The notes: generated by a model from the sequence alone, not told the origin. A stretch of 64,000 nt of DNA from Lytechinus pictus (GCF_037042905.1 NC_087246.1:53134001-53198000); one strand, 5' to 3'. Shown: positions 50,272-64,000, numbered from the stretch's first letter. Translations and numbers: made by a program.

Positions 50272-53200
50272 TATACAATTTCATAGGATAAATAACAGAT
50301 CAATGATTTATGACAGTCACCCGGGAGCAATGTGTGCTTTCGATGATACCCTGCACTCACTCATTAATTGTAAAACTTACAGACTTATAATCTAATGATG
50401 ATTTGCTATGTTTGTTTCGTTTATAGCAAATTTATGTATTTCAAACCCATTTCTTTTCTAAATATTTGGGGGAAATAACAGGATCTTTATTCACATTGAC
50501 AATTACCAAGAATTTTGTGATTTATGTAATGGTGAGAAAATAAGATACATGTATGAGACTTTAATACACAATGGATAATAAAGATTTTTTGTATTATCGC
50601 TCTTTCGCTCTTCCCTTTTATCACTATGTCAAAAGCCCGCATTTAATTTGATATTTCTTAGCGTATGCAGTGAACAAAAATCTGCACTGTCCGTGGTTTT
50701 GTACGATGGTACAGTTGAAAATTCTTGAGAATATGGGCATCTTTGTCTATTTTTTTGTTTAGAAATTTAAAGAAATATATTAAAGTAGTTCTTGTTGATA
50801 TTTTAGTTGAAAGAAATGCAGGATATTTCTTCTACATGTATGTCTGCATGTGGTTTTTGTGTTCATTGTCTTGTTTATCTCTAGGATGAGTCAAGGATTA
50901 ATACTGATATAGCTGGAGTGTGTGCTTCGGACTGAGTTGATGTAAATTGATATAGATAGGATTACCCTCTAATATACAGAGAGCTTTATGCTTTACTTTT
51001 CACTATCATGTACATGTACGTGTGATAAACACCCCTTTCTGCTGTGATGAAGTTAAATGAGGGCTTCCAGTCCGAAAAAGGCGGCTCTCTACAGACAATG
51101 TTTATTAACCCGCAATTCGCTACGGTAAATCAAGCCCAAGTGATTGTCACGTTTACGGTCGGCTGGTCGAGGTCCAGCAACGGTCTTCGCCTAGGCGGCT
51201 CACTTTATCCCATTAATGATTTGGAGGCTTTCCCCCGACTTGGCAGCTTATATAAAGCTGACTCATCCCATGGCTATTGGTGGGAAAAAAAAGAGGGAGG
51301 AAGGCATCACTTCCAATAATTTACCAGTTGACTGATTATTTCATTAGCTAGAATCCTGTCTTTCTGATACCAATGGGTGTTGGATGTTATGAGGGTCATT
51401 CAGACTAGAATCATGAAATCTGGCTTTTTTTTTAATTCAAAGTCTATTGAATGTTGCCAGTCAGGTGCATTTACAGATGATTCTTAAAAAAATCAACCAG
51501 TTGAAAAAAATCATAATTTTTTGTGTATTAATGCTGACTCAAATTTCAGCATTGGGGCACTTTAATGTTTTCATGAAAAGTTGTGATTAAAAAAAAATGA
51601 AGAGTTTATATTCTGTTTATTCATTATTTTTGGCCCTAATTAGTATCTGCACTTCACAATTTCCAACAATTACCAACAAATATTATACCCGTTGCTTTTC
51701 CTAGATGCCAGAATTGCGAATGTGAAAGGGTAATTCCTATTTGGCAATCCCTTTTAACGAAAATTTCCCAAAATAATGTTCAAATAAATGGTTCTAATTT
51801 TGAAAAAATGTTCGGACTCTCAACTGATAAGTTCATTTCATACCTTTTTTTACTTTTGAAGTATTATATTCATACATGTAAATTTAAGAATAATCCTCCA
51901 AGTTTTGCTCTTTTTAAAACATTTGTTAAAAAACAACAAGACTTGGAATATTTGATAGCTAAGAAAAAAAATAAGTTGCCCGCTCACTTTAAGAAGTGGC
52001 GATTCACCTTATAATTTGGTTGTCAAAAATGTCAGCAGGTTACACGATAACTAACACTGTATATTTTGTATAACAGGTTTAGTGTCCCATTTTTTAATAA
52101 TACTGCACTGTATTGGTTATATGGTTGTAGACATCAGATCCCATTTTTTCATGCAACTTGTATCTCAGTCACCTTGATATACTTACTAGTATTCGTTTAA
52201 AAACCTCTATAATTATGTCGTCTTGGATAACCAGTTGTGCTTTTTGATCCTATGAATAGTTGTTTGGAAACCACTTCATATAATCATAGCTTGTATATTT
52301 TGCTTTGTCTACTTTATTTACCAAACACATTGCCACATTCCTTTTTTTTTTTTTGGGGGGGGGGTGGGGGAGGATAAGTGGGTAGGTTTTTTTTTAAATT
52401 ATTATTATGGTTGTTATTTTTTTGTGTAACTAAATTGTGTTTATGTGATTTGCAATCACCTATTAATCATTTGTAAATTTTGTGATTTATTTCAATTTGA
52501 ATAATAAAAACAGAATTATAAAAAAAAAATAGATGCCAGAATTGTTTAAACAAAAATATTTTTATTTTGATGGTGTCAATGAACCTTTGAATCCCATCCA
52601 TCTGAAATCATGGGACTGGGATGATCGGAGGAAGAAATGGGAAGAGTAAACAGTGAAACTGATTGAATAGAAACGGTTCTGCAGGAGCAATAGAGTTCAC
52701 AGTTCTGAGGATGCTGTGTGTCAGGTTCTGTACTAGTGTACTTTATTGTGGTCGTCATGAGTGTGTGAGAGTGACATGGGTACTGCAGCAGTATACATGT
52801 GATTGTCTGTCTGGATCAAGTCCAAGGTATTTGCTGGAGTGATAGCATGTGAGTTTTATGGGTTAGTCTTGATTTTGCTCTATGCAGATGTACATGTACA
52901 GCACATATGTAGCTACCAGTAGTTATACAATTGGCAATTTTAAAGGAAAAAAGATACGGTTCAACGCCAGCTGCAAATTTGTAATTTCTATCTGAATGTC
53001 CTACTACCTATACTAGTTACACATCCTCTGCCACCTTGGCCACCACTACATCAAAACCAGTCATTTTGAGGACATGGATGGGACAGGCATTGTGAATGTA
53101 CCAAGAATCATTGAAGCTTCCTCACTCTTCGGACCATGCGTCAACTCCAATTATTGATCGATCGATGCTAAAAATAAGTGGAAAAGCTAAAGCTGTTTAG

Positions 53201-54003
53201 GCTGTGTGTTCAGCTTGGGACAGCTGCCTGTGTGCACTTCTCATCAGGTGTGGGGTGAAAATTAATTTGAGCTCCTGTAGTAAGGCTAGTACTTGGCAAG
53301 TGCTAAGAAAGGTTGATTTTCCCATTTTCCAACGATTCTTCCATCCTGTTCATATCTTTATTATGGCTGTTCACTTCAAAATTGTTTGCTGGACGATGGC
53401 TATATTGAGAGAGGGGAACTGCAAACTGGGAGAGGTGCAAGTGGCAAGGGGGGGGGGTGGAATGAAGAGAGACAAGGGTGCAAAAGGAGGAGAGTGGATG
53501 GAGATGGAGAGGGGGAAAGGGAGGAAAAGGAGAGAGGACAATGATAAAAAAGAGGGAGGGGAGCTTAAAGGGAGTTGAGAATCATGAGAATGGGAGAGAG
53601 AAGCCTGGAGAGATGATGTAGGGATTGGAAATGAGGAAGGAAGCTACATGATGGATGCCTTTACCACTTTGGCTTGGGTGATGTTTTATGGTAATTTTAT
53701 AATAACTGGTGGTTTCAAAACAAATTATTGTGCACTGACATACCTGGCTCATTTTATAACATATTGAAAGTGCTTTTCTTTTTTGTTGGAACTTGGAAGC
53801 CCCTAGTTTTGCTGCCATAAGTTGCAGTGATCTGAAATTGGATTCCTCGAAGACACTTCAAGACAGTCTGTGATGGGAGGAGGGGAAGAGCCAGCATAGG
53901 AAGTGGAGAGGCGAGAAACCATAGTGAAAGCAAGAAAGCTATAAAGGAAGTAGAATGAGAAAGCCAAGTTGAACAAAATTATACTGTCTTATAACAGTAC
54001 ATG

Positions 54004-54415
54004 ACACCGTTCCCACTACGTTCCTAAAACTAGTTTAACGCGTAGTGAGAACGGTCGAAGCGGTCTTGGAAGCGATCTTCCAAACCAGTACGGAAAACCA
54101 GCTCGCGATGTAATTTTCAAGATCGCTTTGTCTCGTTTAATTGGTCTTAGCATAAGTGAGGACACAACCGTTACATTTTGAGTGCGCTACTCCACACGAC
54201 AGAAGTAGAATGTCTACGCTGCAGTTTCGAATTTCGCACGAAAGGTGTCACCCCACTGAGAGCATTTCCATAGCAACAAGATCGCTGTACATGAAGTGAT
54301 TTTGAAAACCACTTTCATGTGATCAAGAGGGAACGCTAGCAAAGCGATCTTCCAAACTGGTTTCCTGGATCGGTTCCCAGTAAACTAGTATTAGAAAGCA
54401 TAATGAGAACGGCCT
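54004..54415. mobile_element. Harbinger-like MITE
   Basis: CCGTTCCCACTA..CTAAAACTAGTTTA / TAAACTAGTATTAG..TAATGAGAACGG. Confidence 0.7.
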
Positions 54416-55615
54416 CCATGAAAGAATGAAAGCTGCAGCCAGGTCACAATGGAGGAAATAGAGAAATATTCTAGTCCTGTTCATCATGTTGTTTATTGAA
54501 ATTGGTTTACTTCATGCGTCACCTCCATGACCTGACCATGGTTTGATCAGGGAACTGTGGTTGGATGTTATGATTGACGCTTGGTTTCCTTGATGGATCA
54601 TCTGGGATCTGGGGAACCAAGGGTTGAATGGAAAGGCGTTAACCATATCATAGGATTGCAAGGACCTGTTCAGGGCCGTAATCAATTGATCGGGTGAATA
54701 TACCTTTTGTTCCAGTTAGATAAATGTTTTGATGGATCCTTTTTATAGTGGGGTATTATTGATTTTTGTGAATCAAAGGTATCACTGTCTAGGAAAGCCT
54801 TTTCTTATCTGAGGTAAAGATGAATGGGGGGGATTTCTTACAGCAATTACTTGCCATCAGTGATTTTCACAGACAACTACTATATATGTAACTGAAATCT
54901 TTGAATCATGGTCAGATGTAGACAATAACTAATTAAAGCAATTTCATAGAAGAATCATTTTTCAAGAAAGCAAGGGAATGGAGAGACAATATCCAAGTGT
55001 TTGATTGAATTTTTAGTGTACTCATTTATCTTGCCCCTTGACAAGATTATACAAACGATGTGATGACTCATTATTTACTACATGGTTCAGATATACTCTA
55101 TATTACGTTAAAAAAGAATAAAATATACTTTCAAAAGTTTAATAACTAGCAGTGGTTAGTGCTGGCAAGATGATGTGAATGCATTCACATCTAATTCATT
55201 CATTCATTTATTGGTTTTTGCAACATTTTTCATAACAAAAATCTTGACAAGAAAATACATATCTAGAATTTGACATACAGATAATGAACAAATATTTTTG
55301 TATATTAATCATCAAATGTATACAATGAATATTAAAGTTGGTTGCCAAATTCTGTAAATCTCCTACCATTGTCCCTACCTTCTTTTGTGTAATGTAAATA
55401 ATATTCTTGTGAATACTGCTGTTAGTCACTTGCTTGTACTTGCACACATCGTAATACACAATAATGGTATTGTCTGCAAGGTTATTAACTAAAAAAAAAG
55501 GTGGTTGATATATAGTGGACCTACTATATCTAGGAAGAAGTTTTTTAGCTTGCCATAGACAAGACTGTATCTGCACTTGGTGAGGTTACTGCAGTGAATG
55601 CAAAAAGTGAAATAT

Positions 55616-56068
55616 TAGGTGGTTTCAAACCGCCTTGATCATAAGAATCCCTGTTAAATTACGAGAACTTTTTTAGGCAATGAAAATACCCATTAATTAT
55701 TCCTGCATTCACCCGAAACTACCCTTTGGGATAAGTTCCTGAAGTTACGAGCATGCGCATTATGGTTTGATAAGCAGGCAAGGCCCGAGATTCAAAATCA
55801 CTAGCTCAGCAGCCACCCACGGCGCCCGCGCCCAACTACACGCTTGGCTAAAAGTTCCTGTAAATTGCTTTCACATTGCCAAAATACCTGCGACCTTGGA
55901 AAAATCCCTGCGAAAGTTCTCGTAATTTTGACAAGTACCTACTATTTAGTGGGTATTTTCTTTCGGGGAGATTACGCGTAATTTGCTTGGTATTTTCTGA
56001 TCGAGGTAAATTTCCCGATCAGAAAATACCTGGAACTGACAAACTTCGAGGCGGTCTGAAACCACCTA
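55616..56068 (+). mobile_element. MITE copy A (TAGGTGGTTTCA.ACCGCC TIRs)
   Basis: TIRs; near-identical inverted copy at 58362-58840. Confidence 0.9.
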
Positions 56069-56099
56069 TTGAGCCAATTATTAGTAATGCTCCCCATCT

Positions 56100-57500
56100 G
56101 ACATTTATCTCTCCCATATGCTGCTCGGAGGAAAAATATTGAAGTTCATTTTCTCGGTGCCCAGAAACCAAGAAATGCATGAGAGAAAGGAACAGGTTAG
56201 AGGACCGTAAATCTTGAGGAGGGATGACTCAAAGGCAATTGAGGGGGCTCTGTGGGGATTTATGGGATTATCACTTAGATTAGCTTCTTTCTTTGCAAGA
56301 ATGGTCTTGATGGGGACATGGTTTTACCGAAGAGGATGGACTAATAGGATAGAATGGGGCTTCTTTATTATCATGAGGAAGAGCTTCCATATGTTTATGG
56401 TTATGGGAACATGTTTCAGGTTGTACTGTACAGAAGAGGAGAGATGGGTAGTGGGGGTGGACAATATAAAGATGAGTGCCTTGTAAATCTTTTGATGGGG
56501 TAGCCCTACAATGGTTTGTTGTTCTGAATAAGATTAGGATAGAATCATAGGATGCAATGAGCTTTTACTCTTTTTAAATGTTTTTTATACTTGGTATACA
56601 GTCTAATTTCCCTTGAGAGTTTACTATATTGTAGCTGTTAGGACTTGCGATGAGTTTCTGTTGAGAAATAGGTTTGCTGGAGGTGGTTGTACAGATTATT
56701 GGACGATAATGCTGTCTTACAGTTACAGATATCTCAAGATGAAGTCTTGATTAAAAAAAAGGAAACTGGGACAGTTCTACAGGGACATCTTGTAGACCAT
56801 ACATTACCTGTGCTAGCTTGACAAGGAAATGGGTATTACATGTAGGGGACACGTTTTTACTCCAGAATCCAGATGGTTGAAAACATTAATGTAACGATAA
56901 GGCCTTCTTCCCACAGAATGGCCTTCTTGAAGTTGGTTTTACTACATGTGGATAGAAAGATGGGGGGGGGGGGGACACTAATCTTTATCCTTCCTACATG
57001 TGTATTATAGATGGCAAGTACAGAGAATATTGAGGGGTGGGGTTGCCTCTTCATTAATACAGAGCTCCAAGGGTAAAAGGTTGTCTAGGCGACACCAATG
57101 TAATGGGATTTGAGATTGCTATGAAGAAGCGAAGCTGAATTGACTTTTTCCATAAGGCATCTTTACTGAAATGAGGCTATTCCCAAAGAGAAAATAATAA
57201 GCATTTGTGATGATGTAAATGGGGCCATTACAGTTGCATCACTAAGGACCCCTTTGTCAGAAAGGACATGGTCCATGAGATGAGTTTTAAGAAAATTAAG
57301 TCTATATATGACATTAGGATGAGAACAAGGTTATAAGGATTAGTATCATTGAATCCATTTTCTGTTTATTACTAAATTTATCCCCTTGCTCGAAATAGCA
57401 TGATATGATGTGAACAAGGTTGGTAGGATGAGTGTGCACTATTATGGGATTATACATGTAGGTCATGGACAGTAGGATATACAATACAACATTTGTGAAT
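56100..57500 (-). mobile_element. Highly decayed Penelope-like retroelement RT fragment
   Basis: Manual minus-strand reading gives ordered remnants NCNGP (~57225), NIP-like (~57100), YRYIN..IW (~56890), GYP (~56500) and PSIAF (~56240), with many disruptions. Confidence 0.4.
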
Positions 57501-58361
57501 TCTGTACCATTCTTTGTTTTTCTCTTTGATATGATATTGCTTGAATATATATATGAATATATATACCTTGATTTGAAGTATTTCCACTCATTCATGCATC
57601 AGTAATGTTTTTTTTTATTTTATAGGAAATACGCATTTGAATAGTAACCATGCCTTTATATTGAAAACTTCATTGAAAACAACTCAACAATAATGGGAGG
57701 TGGATAAGAAAATAGTGCATGCAATGATTTCATGTATGGTACATGAATGAGAATTAGTTGTCGGTAGAACTTGTACAGCCTTTAGAAGTGCTGAATGTAA
57801 TACTGAATCTCGTGTTACAGATATTAATCCATTTCAGTCTGAATTGACATGAAAACAAGTTCAATTACAATCTTAAGTTTCAGGACTTCCAGGATTATTT
57901 TATTTGAAGGCAGATTTAAATTGATTGTTTTTTGTATTTTCTTGTCTGACAGTGCTTTGATAGTTTAATGACTACAATCCCATGAACTTTCTTTTATGTG
58001 TGTGTGTGCATTATTTCCATTTGGATGTGTGTGTTGCTTTTTCATTTTTGCGTTCACATTCATTTTTTCCTCCGAGGACGCAGACCTACATGTATATAGT
58101 GCATTAAAACATTGACCAATTTCTATAGAAAAATGGTAAAGGTAAACAAAAATATATATACACCAAAGAATAAACTTCAAGCAAACAAATTCATTGGGTT
58201 TTTTTGTTGTTTTTTTCACTCAATCCTGCAGGTTCTTCATGTAGGCAGACAACAAGCATCAGTCTCAGACAAGTCTAAAACATTTTGTTTCAAAGCCTAG
58301 ACTGGAGAAACTTCTCTGGAGCCATAAGTGTAAGTAGTAAACCTCCAGTGATGGAATACAG

Positions 58362-58840
58362 TAGGTGGTTTCAGACCGCCTCGAAGTTAGTCGGTTCCAG
58401 GTATTTTCTGATCGGGAAATTTACCCTGATCAGAAAATACCAGGTTATATTGGCAATGTGAAAGCAAATTACGCGTAATCTCCCCGAAAGAAAATACCCA
58501 CTAAATAGTAGGTACTTGTCAAAATTACGAGAACTTTCGCGGGGATTTTTCCAAGGTCGCAGGTATTTTGGCAATGTGAAAGTAATTTACGGGAACTTTT
58601 AGCCCAGCGTGTAGTTGGGCGCGGGCGCCGTGGGTGGCTGCTGAACTAGTGATTTTGAATCTCGCACCTTGCCTGCTTATCAGACCATACTGCGCATGCT
58701 CGTGACTTCAGGAACTTATCCCGAAGGGTATGATTCGGGACGGTGTGAATGCAGGAATAATTAATGGGTATTTTTTAGCCTAAAAAAGTTCTCATAATTT
58801 AACAGGGATTCTTATGATCGAGGCGGTTTGAAACCACCTA
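58362..58840 (-). mobile_element. MITE copy B, inverted relative to copy A
   Basis: The ORF track shows the same spurious peptide on opposite strands (55876+ and 58574-). Confidence 0.9.
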
Positions 58841-58935
58841 GTGATAAATTTAATGCAAGTTTTGCATAGTTGGATGTGATTTGAATGCAGATACAGTTAT
58901 ATGGACATGATCCTCATGAAATTTAGTTCATATGC

Positions 58936-59527
58936 TTAAAGGGGAATGAAATCCTTGAAACCAGCTGAATCCATATCAAAGAGAAAAATCAAAGAAACAT
59001 ATTGTTGAAAGTTTTAGGAAGATTGAATGAATAATAAGAAAGTTATGAGCATTTGAATGTTGAGATCACTAATGCCATGTAGATCCTCCCATTGGCAATG
59101 CGACCAAGATCTGTGATGTCACACACGTACAACTCCCTTATTACTTTAGTACTTATTTCACTTATATTCTCACTTTTATAGAGTCTATCACAAGGTCAGG
59201 TGTTCTCTTTATGAGAGGACAAGTACAGAGGTTTCACAACATTATATCATTGATGAAACGTTTGTCATATGATTAGAATGAGCAAAAAGAGATGTTTTGG
59301 GTTATATTTTCAGTGTCCAAAAGGGGAGAGTTGTTCATCTGTGACATCATAGATCTTGGTCGCATTGCCAATGGGAGGATCTCCATAGCATTAGTGATCT
59401 CGACATTCAAATGCTCATAACTCTTCTATTGCTAGTCCTATTTTACTCAAAGTTTTGTTGATCTTATTCTTTGATTTTTCTGCTTTCACAAAAGCTAACT
59501 TGCTCCAAGAGTTTCATTCTCCTTTAA
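58936..59527. mobile_element. TTAA-flanked (Kolobok-like) MITE with ~170-bp TIRs
   Basis: TTAAAGGGGAATGAAA...TTTCATTCTCCTTTAA. Confidence 0.88.
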
Positions 59528-61512
59528 GATTGAATATCGTTCAAGTTCACATTACGGCAAAGTCAGAGCTCAGTTTGGACCGAAACTGCCAGCAGGTATC
59601 CTTCCAAGTTTGTTTGCCGGGTTTCAATCTCAAAAGATTCCATTGATAATATACCCTTCCTTATAGACCTGAAGCAAACTCAAGAGATTATCATCTAACA
59701 AACTCCTTTGGCTTTCCCATTCCCCCTTCAAATAATCTCTTTTTCCCAGTCTACACCAATCGAAGGATAATACACTCTATCACCTTTCTAGCCAGCAGTC
59801 ATGAATGAATAAGTTGGGAGTTTTTCCTGTAGATTTTTTGTTTGAGTTTGGGATCTAAAATCTTCATAGTACCCTACCTAATTCAAAAAGCTTATTATTT
59901 GTGCATAAAAGGCCTCCGCTGGTGGCTATTTTCTTGTCGAGAAGTATTAAAAGTATACAATCCCCAACCATGCAGCACAAGAAATTTTCACAGTATTGAT
60001 GGGAACTTGTGCAAAGTTTTCAGCTGAAGAATATTGAAAACTAACACAAAGTATTATTGTATGTACATCATTTTGGTTTTATTCTTGTTGTGATCACATA
60101 TTTTTATTTTTTCTTGAAAACCTGGGAAGATATACAACGGTACCTCATAAATTTTCACTTTGTCCATAAAAAAATGTATCAAAATATGAAGCTGACTGAT
60201 CAAGAACTATCACCATTGAGCTAAAAAGGATGCTCTTTGAATAAGGGATGGATGTGACAATTGAGTGTTGTATTTTCTTTTGAATACCTCTTGAATACCT
60301 AGTATTACATAAGAATTTGCAGCTGACAAATCACCAAATTAAAAAAAAAATACATGTATATAAGTCCATAAAAGTTAGGATTACATAACAAATTGTTGCA
60401 GAGAAATTATTAGAATCTGAACATAGAGCTATAAAGGGGTTGCCTTTTGATCAAGAGATGCTATGGCCATTGTAGGATCGTGTAGGATTGTATCCAGAGA
60501 TCCAGGATATTTCTATTGATTGTATGTCATTGAAGATGGCTCAGATTTGGTCATGGGTTTGAGGCACCTTGTTATATTGAAATGAAGAAAGGAATTTATG
60601 TGGTTAATTTAGCAGAACCTGGGAGAAATGTATTGCCATTGAAAAGGAATTGTAGGTTGCCACGGAACAGGACTAGATAGGAGAGGAGTTTTTCCTAAGA
60701 AAATTGTCATTTACATCAATAGGACAGGCACTGTATGTCCAGTTCTGAGGATATTATATTTGATGTTTATGCTTCGAAAACATGATCTTCAAATCAATTC
60801 ATTTGGCATTTGTCAATTAAGGTCAACAAGGTATCTATATCAACAAACCTATTTTTAGTTTTCTAACTTTTTAGATTTCCAGAAGCAATTTCAGGAATCT
60901 GTCAATGATCCATGAAGTATACTTAGTCCCTGAAAATTAGATTACAGATTCCAGAATCGATTCCAATGTAACATGACCCCATCAGTCCTGCATATGTATG
61001 GGAAACATTTCAGTAAGCATCTTGTGAAGCATTTGCTCTTAGCCTATCAAAATAAAGATTTTCAAAAATTATATCTGAATATCATTGACAAATCACTTTG
61101 CGAAACCCCTTCCATGTATGGCTTCTTTTGCTTAGTGTTTCAGTTGAATCATAAGAATCAAATTGAACAAGATCCTTTATTTTTTAGCAACAGCATATTT
61201 GTACTCATCACAAGATTTGAGCACAATTATTGGACCTCCAAATTAATAGTGAATCACATCTCATTTGCAACCACACTATATGTAGGTTTAAAGCTTTCCA
61301 TCACAACTGATGCAATCATCCGTTTCCTAATCAAGCTAGCTGAGATTGAACCCTTCGTAATAAGCTGCTGCTATTCAGGCAAATGCCACATTCCATCAAG
61401 CTTTAATATTTGTGTCTCGAAGTAAGGAATATTATTTCGGACCTACTTCAGCTTGAGCGCGTTTCCCCTCCAGCCCCTTCCAGCTATATTTGCATTAAGT
61501 ACCAATCAATTT

Positions 61513-61556
61513 TCTCTGTCTCTGTCTCTCTCTGTCTCTCTCTCTCTCTCTCTCTG
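61513..61556 (+). repeat. (TC)n/(TCTG) microsatellite
   Basis: Direct reading. Confidence 0.9.
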
Positions 61557-61998
61557 TTATACAATTGTATTTCTCTATTTGACAAATGATAAATGGTAGT
61601 AATAACTAATATAGGTATTAATTAAATAAAGTCGTGCATGAAATTTAGTTATTAATAAATGTTTGAGGGACTTTGGAGTGTATGGTGAGTTGACAGTGTG
61701 CGGGCATGCAAACGTGGGTCTTACATCTGTGGTCATGAGGAGGATGATAGTCCTAATGATAGTGATGGTGCTCTTAATGATGATATCATTGTTCATTATT
61801 GTTCTTAGTGGTAAAGGTGGATGAGAAGTTGCAAAATTTACGCCAGTAAATGTCAGGAGAGGTGAGAGTATAATGTTGTTCCCCGAATCAGTTATCTTTA
61901 GATTTGAATCTTGGGTGTGGCAGTAATCTTGGCAAAAATTATTATTAGCTTTGTCAGAATAGCTAATCTATGTCTTGTGCATTACAGTAGGCCCTATT

Positions 61999-62297
61999 GG
62001 AGCGTTGTGGTCCAGTGGATTAGTCTCCAGACTTTGAAACAGAGGGTCGTGGGTTCAAATCCCAGCCATGGCGTAGTTTCCTTCAGCAAGAAATTTATCC
62101 ACGGTCATTGTGCTGCACTCAACCCAGATGAGGTGAATGGGTACCTGGCAGGAATTTATTCCTTGAAATGCCGAGTGCTGAATAGGATGCTTGAGCTACA
62201 GCCGGGGTAATAATATCCAAGTACTTTGGAAGCGCATAGAGACGTTATTCATAATGTGTTATGCGCTTTACAAGAACTGACTATTTTTATTATTATT
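61999..62297 (+). mobile_element. tRNA-derived SINE, apparently full length
   Basis: A box TGGTCCAGTGG, B box GGTTCAAATCC, tRNA-Gln(TTG)-like head, ACCCAG..AATGGGTACC core, (TTA)n tail. Confidence 0.88.
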
Positions 62298-63147
62298 GTC
62301 TACTGATTAAGATGTCACAGAAGTTGGTCACAAATATAAAGCTGTCTTTATAGTGATCATTTACTTTTACACTGTTTTCATTTTGTGTGTCGGGGCAAGG
62401 GCAAGTTGTGTATGTGGTTGGGGGAGGGAGGGGTAATCGTGTGAACCCTTGGGATAGAGGGCGACTATTTCGAATGCAGCAAATCATTTCCTGACACTCG
62501 TTAACTGTTCTTTGGCATAGCCACTGCCAAGGGTGATCGCAATCTTTGTTTAAATTCATTAAAACCACTTGCCCCACCCCTGAGGGGACGACTCTAACCC
62601 TCCCTATCCCTAGACCTTTCATTGTTTGGTTGATATGATGAGGGTTTGTCATCTCTCATGAGACTGGCAGGGTGAACGTGACAGAATCAGATTTAATTTG
62701 AAGGAGATGAGCGGGATTAATATCGCTGTGGTAGAACCAGGTTTGGGAAATGATTTTGTAGTCAAGATGAGAGGCACATAGCATGCGAGGTATATAGGAG
62801 AACGTGATTTATTTTTATACTACAGTACATGTACATCTCATCATTGTTATTGAAATATGGTTTGCCTGCACAGAAGCCTCTGATCTTGATAGGAAAATAC
62901 ATACCATGCATGCGTACATGTATTGTCAATGTCATATCAATCAACCCATTATGATGCATTAAGATTGAATTATTAATTAATTTGGTTGGATTGTTGTTTA
63001 AAAAAAAGCACCGAGAACTTTCATAAAGTACATTGTGTGTATTAGTTCTCAAAGAAAAAATTATTTCCTATTAACAAATTTTGTAGAGGAAGGAAGAGGG
63101 GGGGGGGGGCAAATAAGAGGAGAACGGTATGTTTCTTTAGTATATTC

Positions 63148-63288
63148 TTAATAATAATAATAATAATATAGGGTATTTATATTGCGCACATATCCACCTT
63201 GTTAGGTGCTCAAGGCGCTCCTATATTACCCGGCTAAGCTAGGCGTTCATAGCGCACACAGCTTTTTAAGGAATTACTTCCTACCGGT
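63148..63288 (-). mobile_element. SINE/LINE 3' end fragment
   Basis: (TAA)n run followed by the reverse complement of a GCGCCTTGAGCACC..GCGC.ATATAAAT tail. Confidence 0.65.
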
Positions 63289-63470
63289 TTCTTATTCACT
63301 CATGTTTTATTAAACAGTTGTCGCTACATTTGTACTATAAAATAGTTCACAGAATTAACTACTTGTTTTATGATGAACTTGCAAAATTACAGTCAGAATC
63401 AGGGGCTGCGGAACAGTTTTCAAAGTGGGGGGGGGGGGCTGACCATGCAAAAATCACAATTATATGGTCA

Positions 63471-64000
63471 TTTTTGTCTCACCTGCATAGCAGAGTGAGA
63501 CTATAGGCGCCGCTTTTTCGACGGCGACGGCGACGGCGGCGGCGGCGTCAACACCAAATCTTAACCTGAGGTTAAGTTTTTGAAATGACAGCATAACTTA
63601 GAAAGTATATGGACCTAGTTCATGAAACTTGGCCATAAGGTTAATCAAGTATTACTGAACATCCTGCCTGAGTTTCATGTCACATGACCAAGGTCAAAGG
63701 TCATTTAGGGTCAATGAACTTAGACCATGTTGGGGGAATCAACATCAAAATCTTAACCTAAGGTTAAGTTTTTGAAATGTCATCATAACTTAGAAAATAT
63801 ATGGACCTAGTTCATGAAACTTATACATAAGGTTAATCAAGTATCACTGAACATCCTGCATGAGTTTCACATCACATGACCAAGGTCAAAGGTCATTTAG
63901 GGTCAATGAACTTTGGCCGAATTGGGGGTATCTGTTGAATTACCATCATAACTTTGAAAGTTTATGGATCTGATTCATGAAACGTGGACATAATAGTAAT
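63471..64000 (+). mobile_element. Second Helentron-like copy (runs off the window), inserted in a MITE
   Basis: Near-identical to 44239 onward. Sits in the T-run of a CAGGGGCTGCGGAA MITE starting at ~63400. Confidence 0.85.

Noticed and set aside
55876-58574. Duplicated small protein MPKYLRPWKNP...
   Set aside because: Chance translation of two inverted MITE copies
61999-62070. tRNA-Gln gene
   Set aside because: Poor acceptor stem; followed by a SINE core and (TTA)n tail

Overview
This is animal (eukaryotic) genomic DNA: AT-rich, intron-containing and very rich in transposons. The repeat landscape looks like an invertebrate deuterostome such as a sea urchin, which is an inference and cannot be proven here. 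Positions 1-6836 hold a frameshifted Ty3/Gypsy LTR retrotransposon on the minus strand; its 3' LTR lies outside the window. Its putative 5' LTR contains a ~170-bp SINE-like unit whose head closely resembles the 7SL/Alu domain. Positions 7188-30404 hold an SLC16/monocarboxylate-transporter-like MFS gene on the plus strand. It has three tandem, paralogous, ATG-containing first exons (7188, 13887, 22710), each encoding TM1-TM2 and ending at a phase-1 donor, but only one set of downstream exons (27936, 28399, 30247). This variable-exon/constant-exon layout resembles UGT1A or clustered protocadherins and is the main candidate for a new system. The rest is MITEs and non-autonomous DNA transposons (often nested), tRNA-SINEs, two Helentron-like copies and decayed L1/Tx1 and Penelope-like fragments. 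A probable CpG-rich 5' end of a second gene lies at ~42.3-42.8 kb, followed by a long intron-like region. Most short ORFs in the supplied track are spurious.
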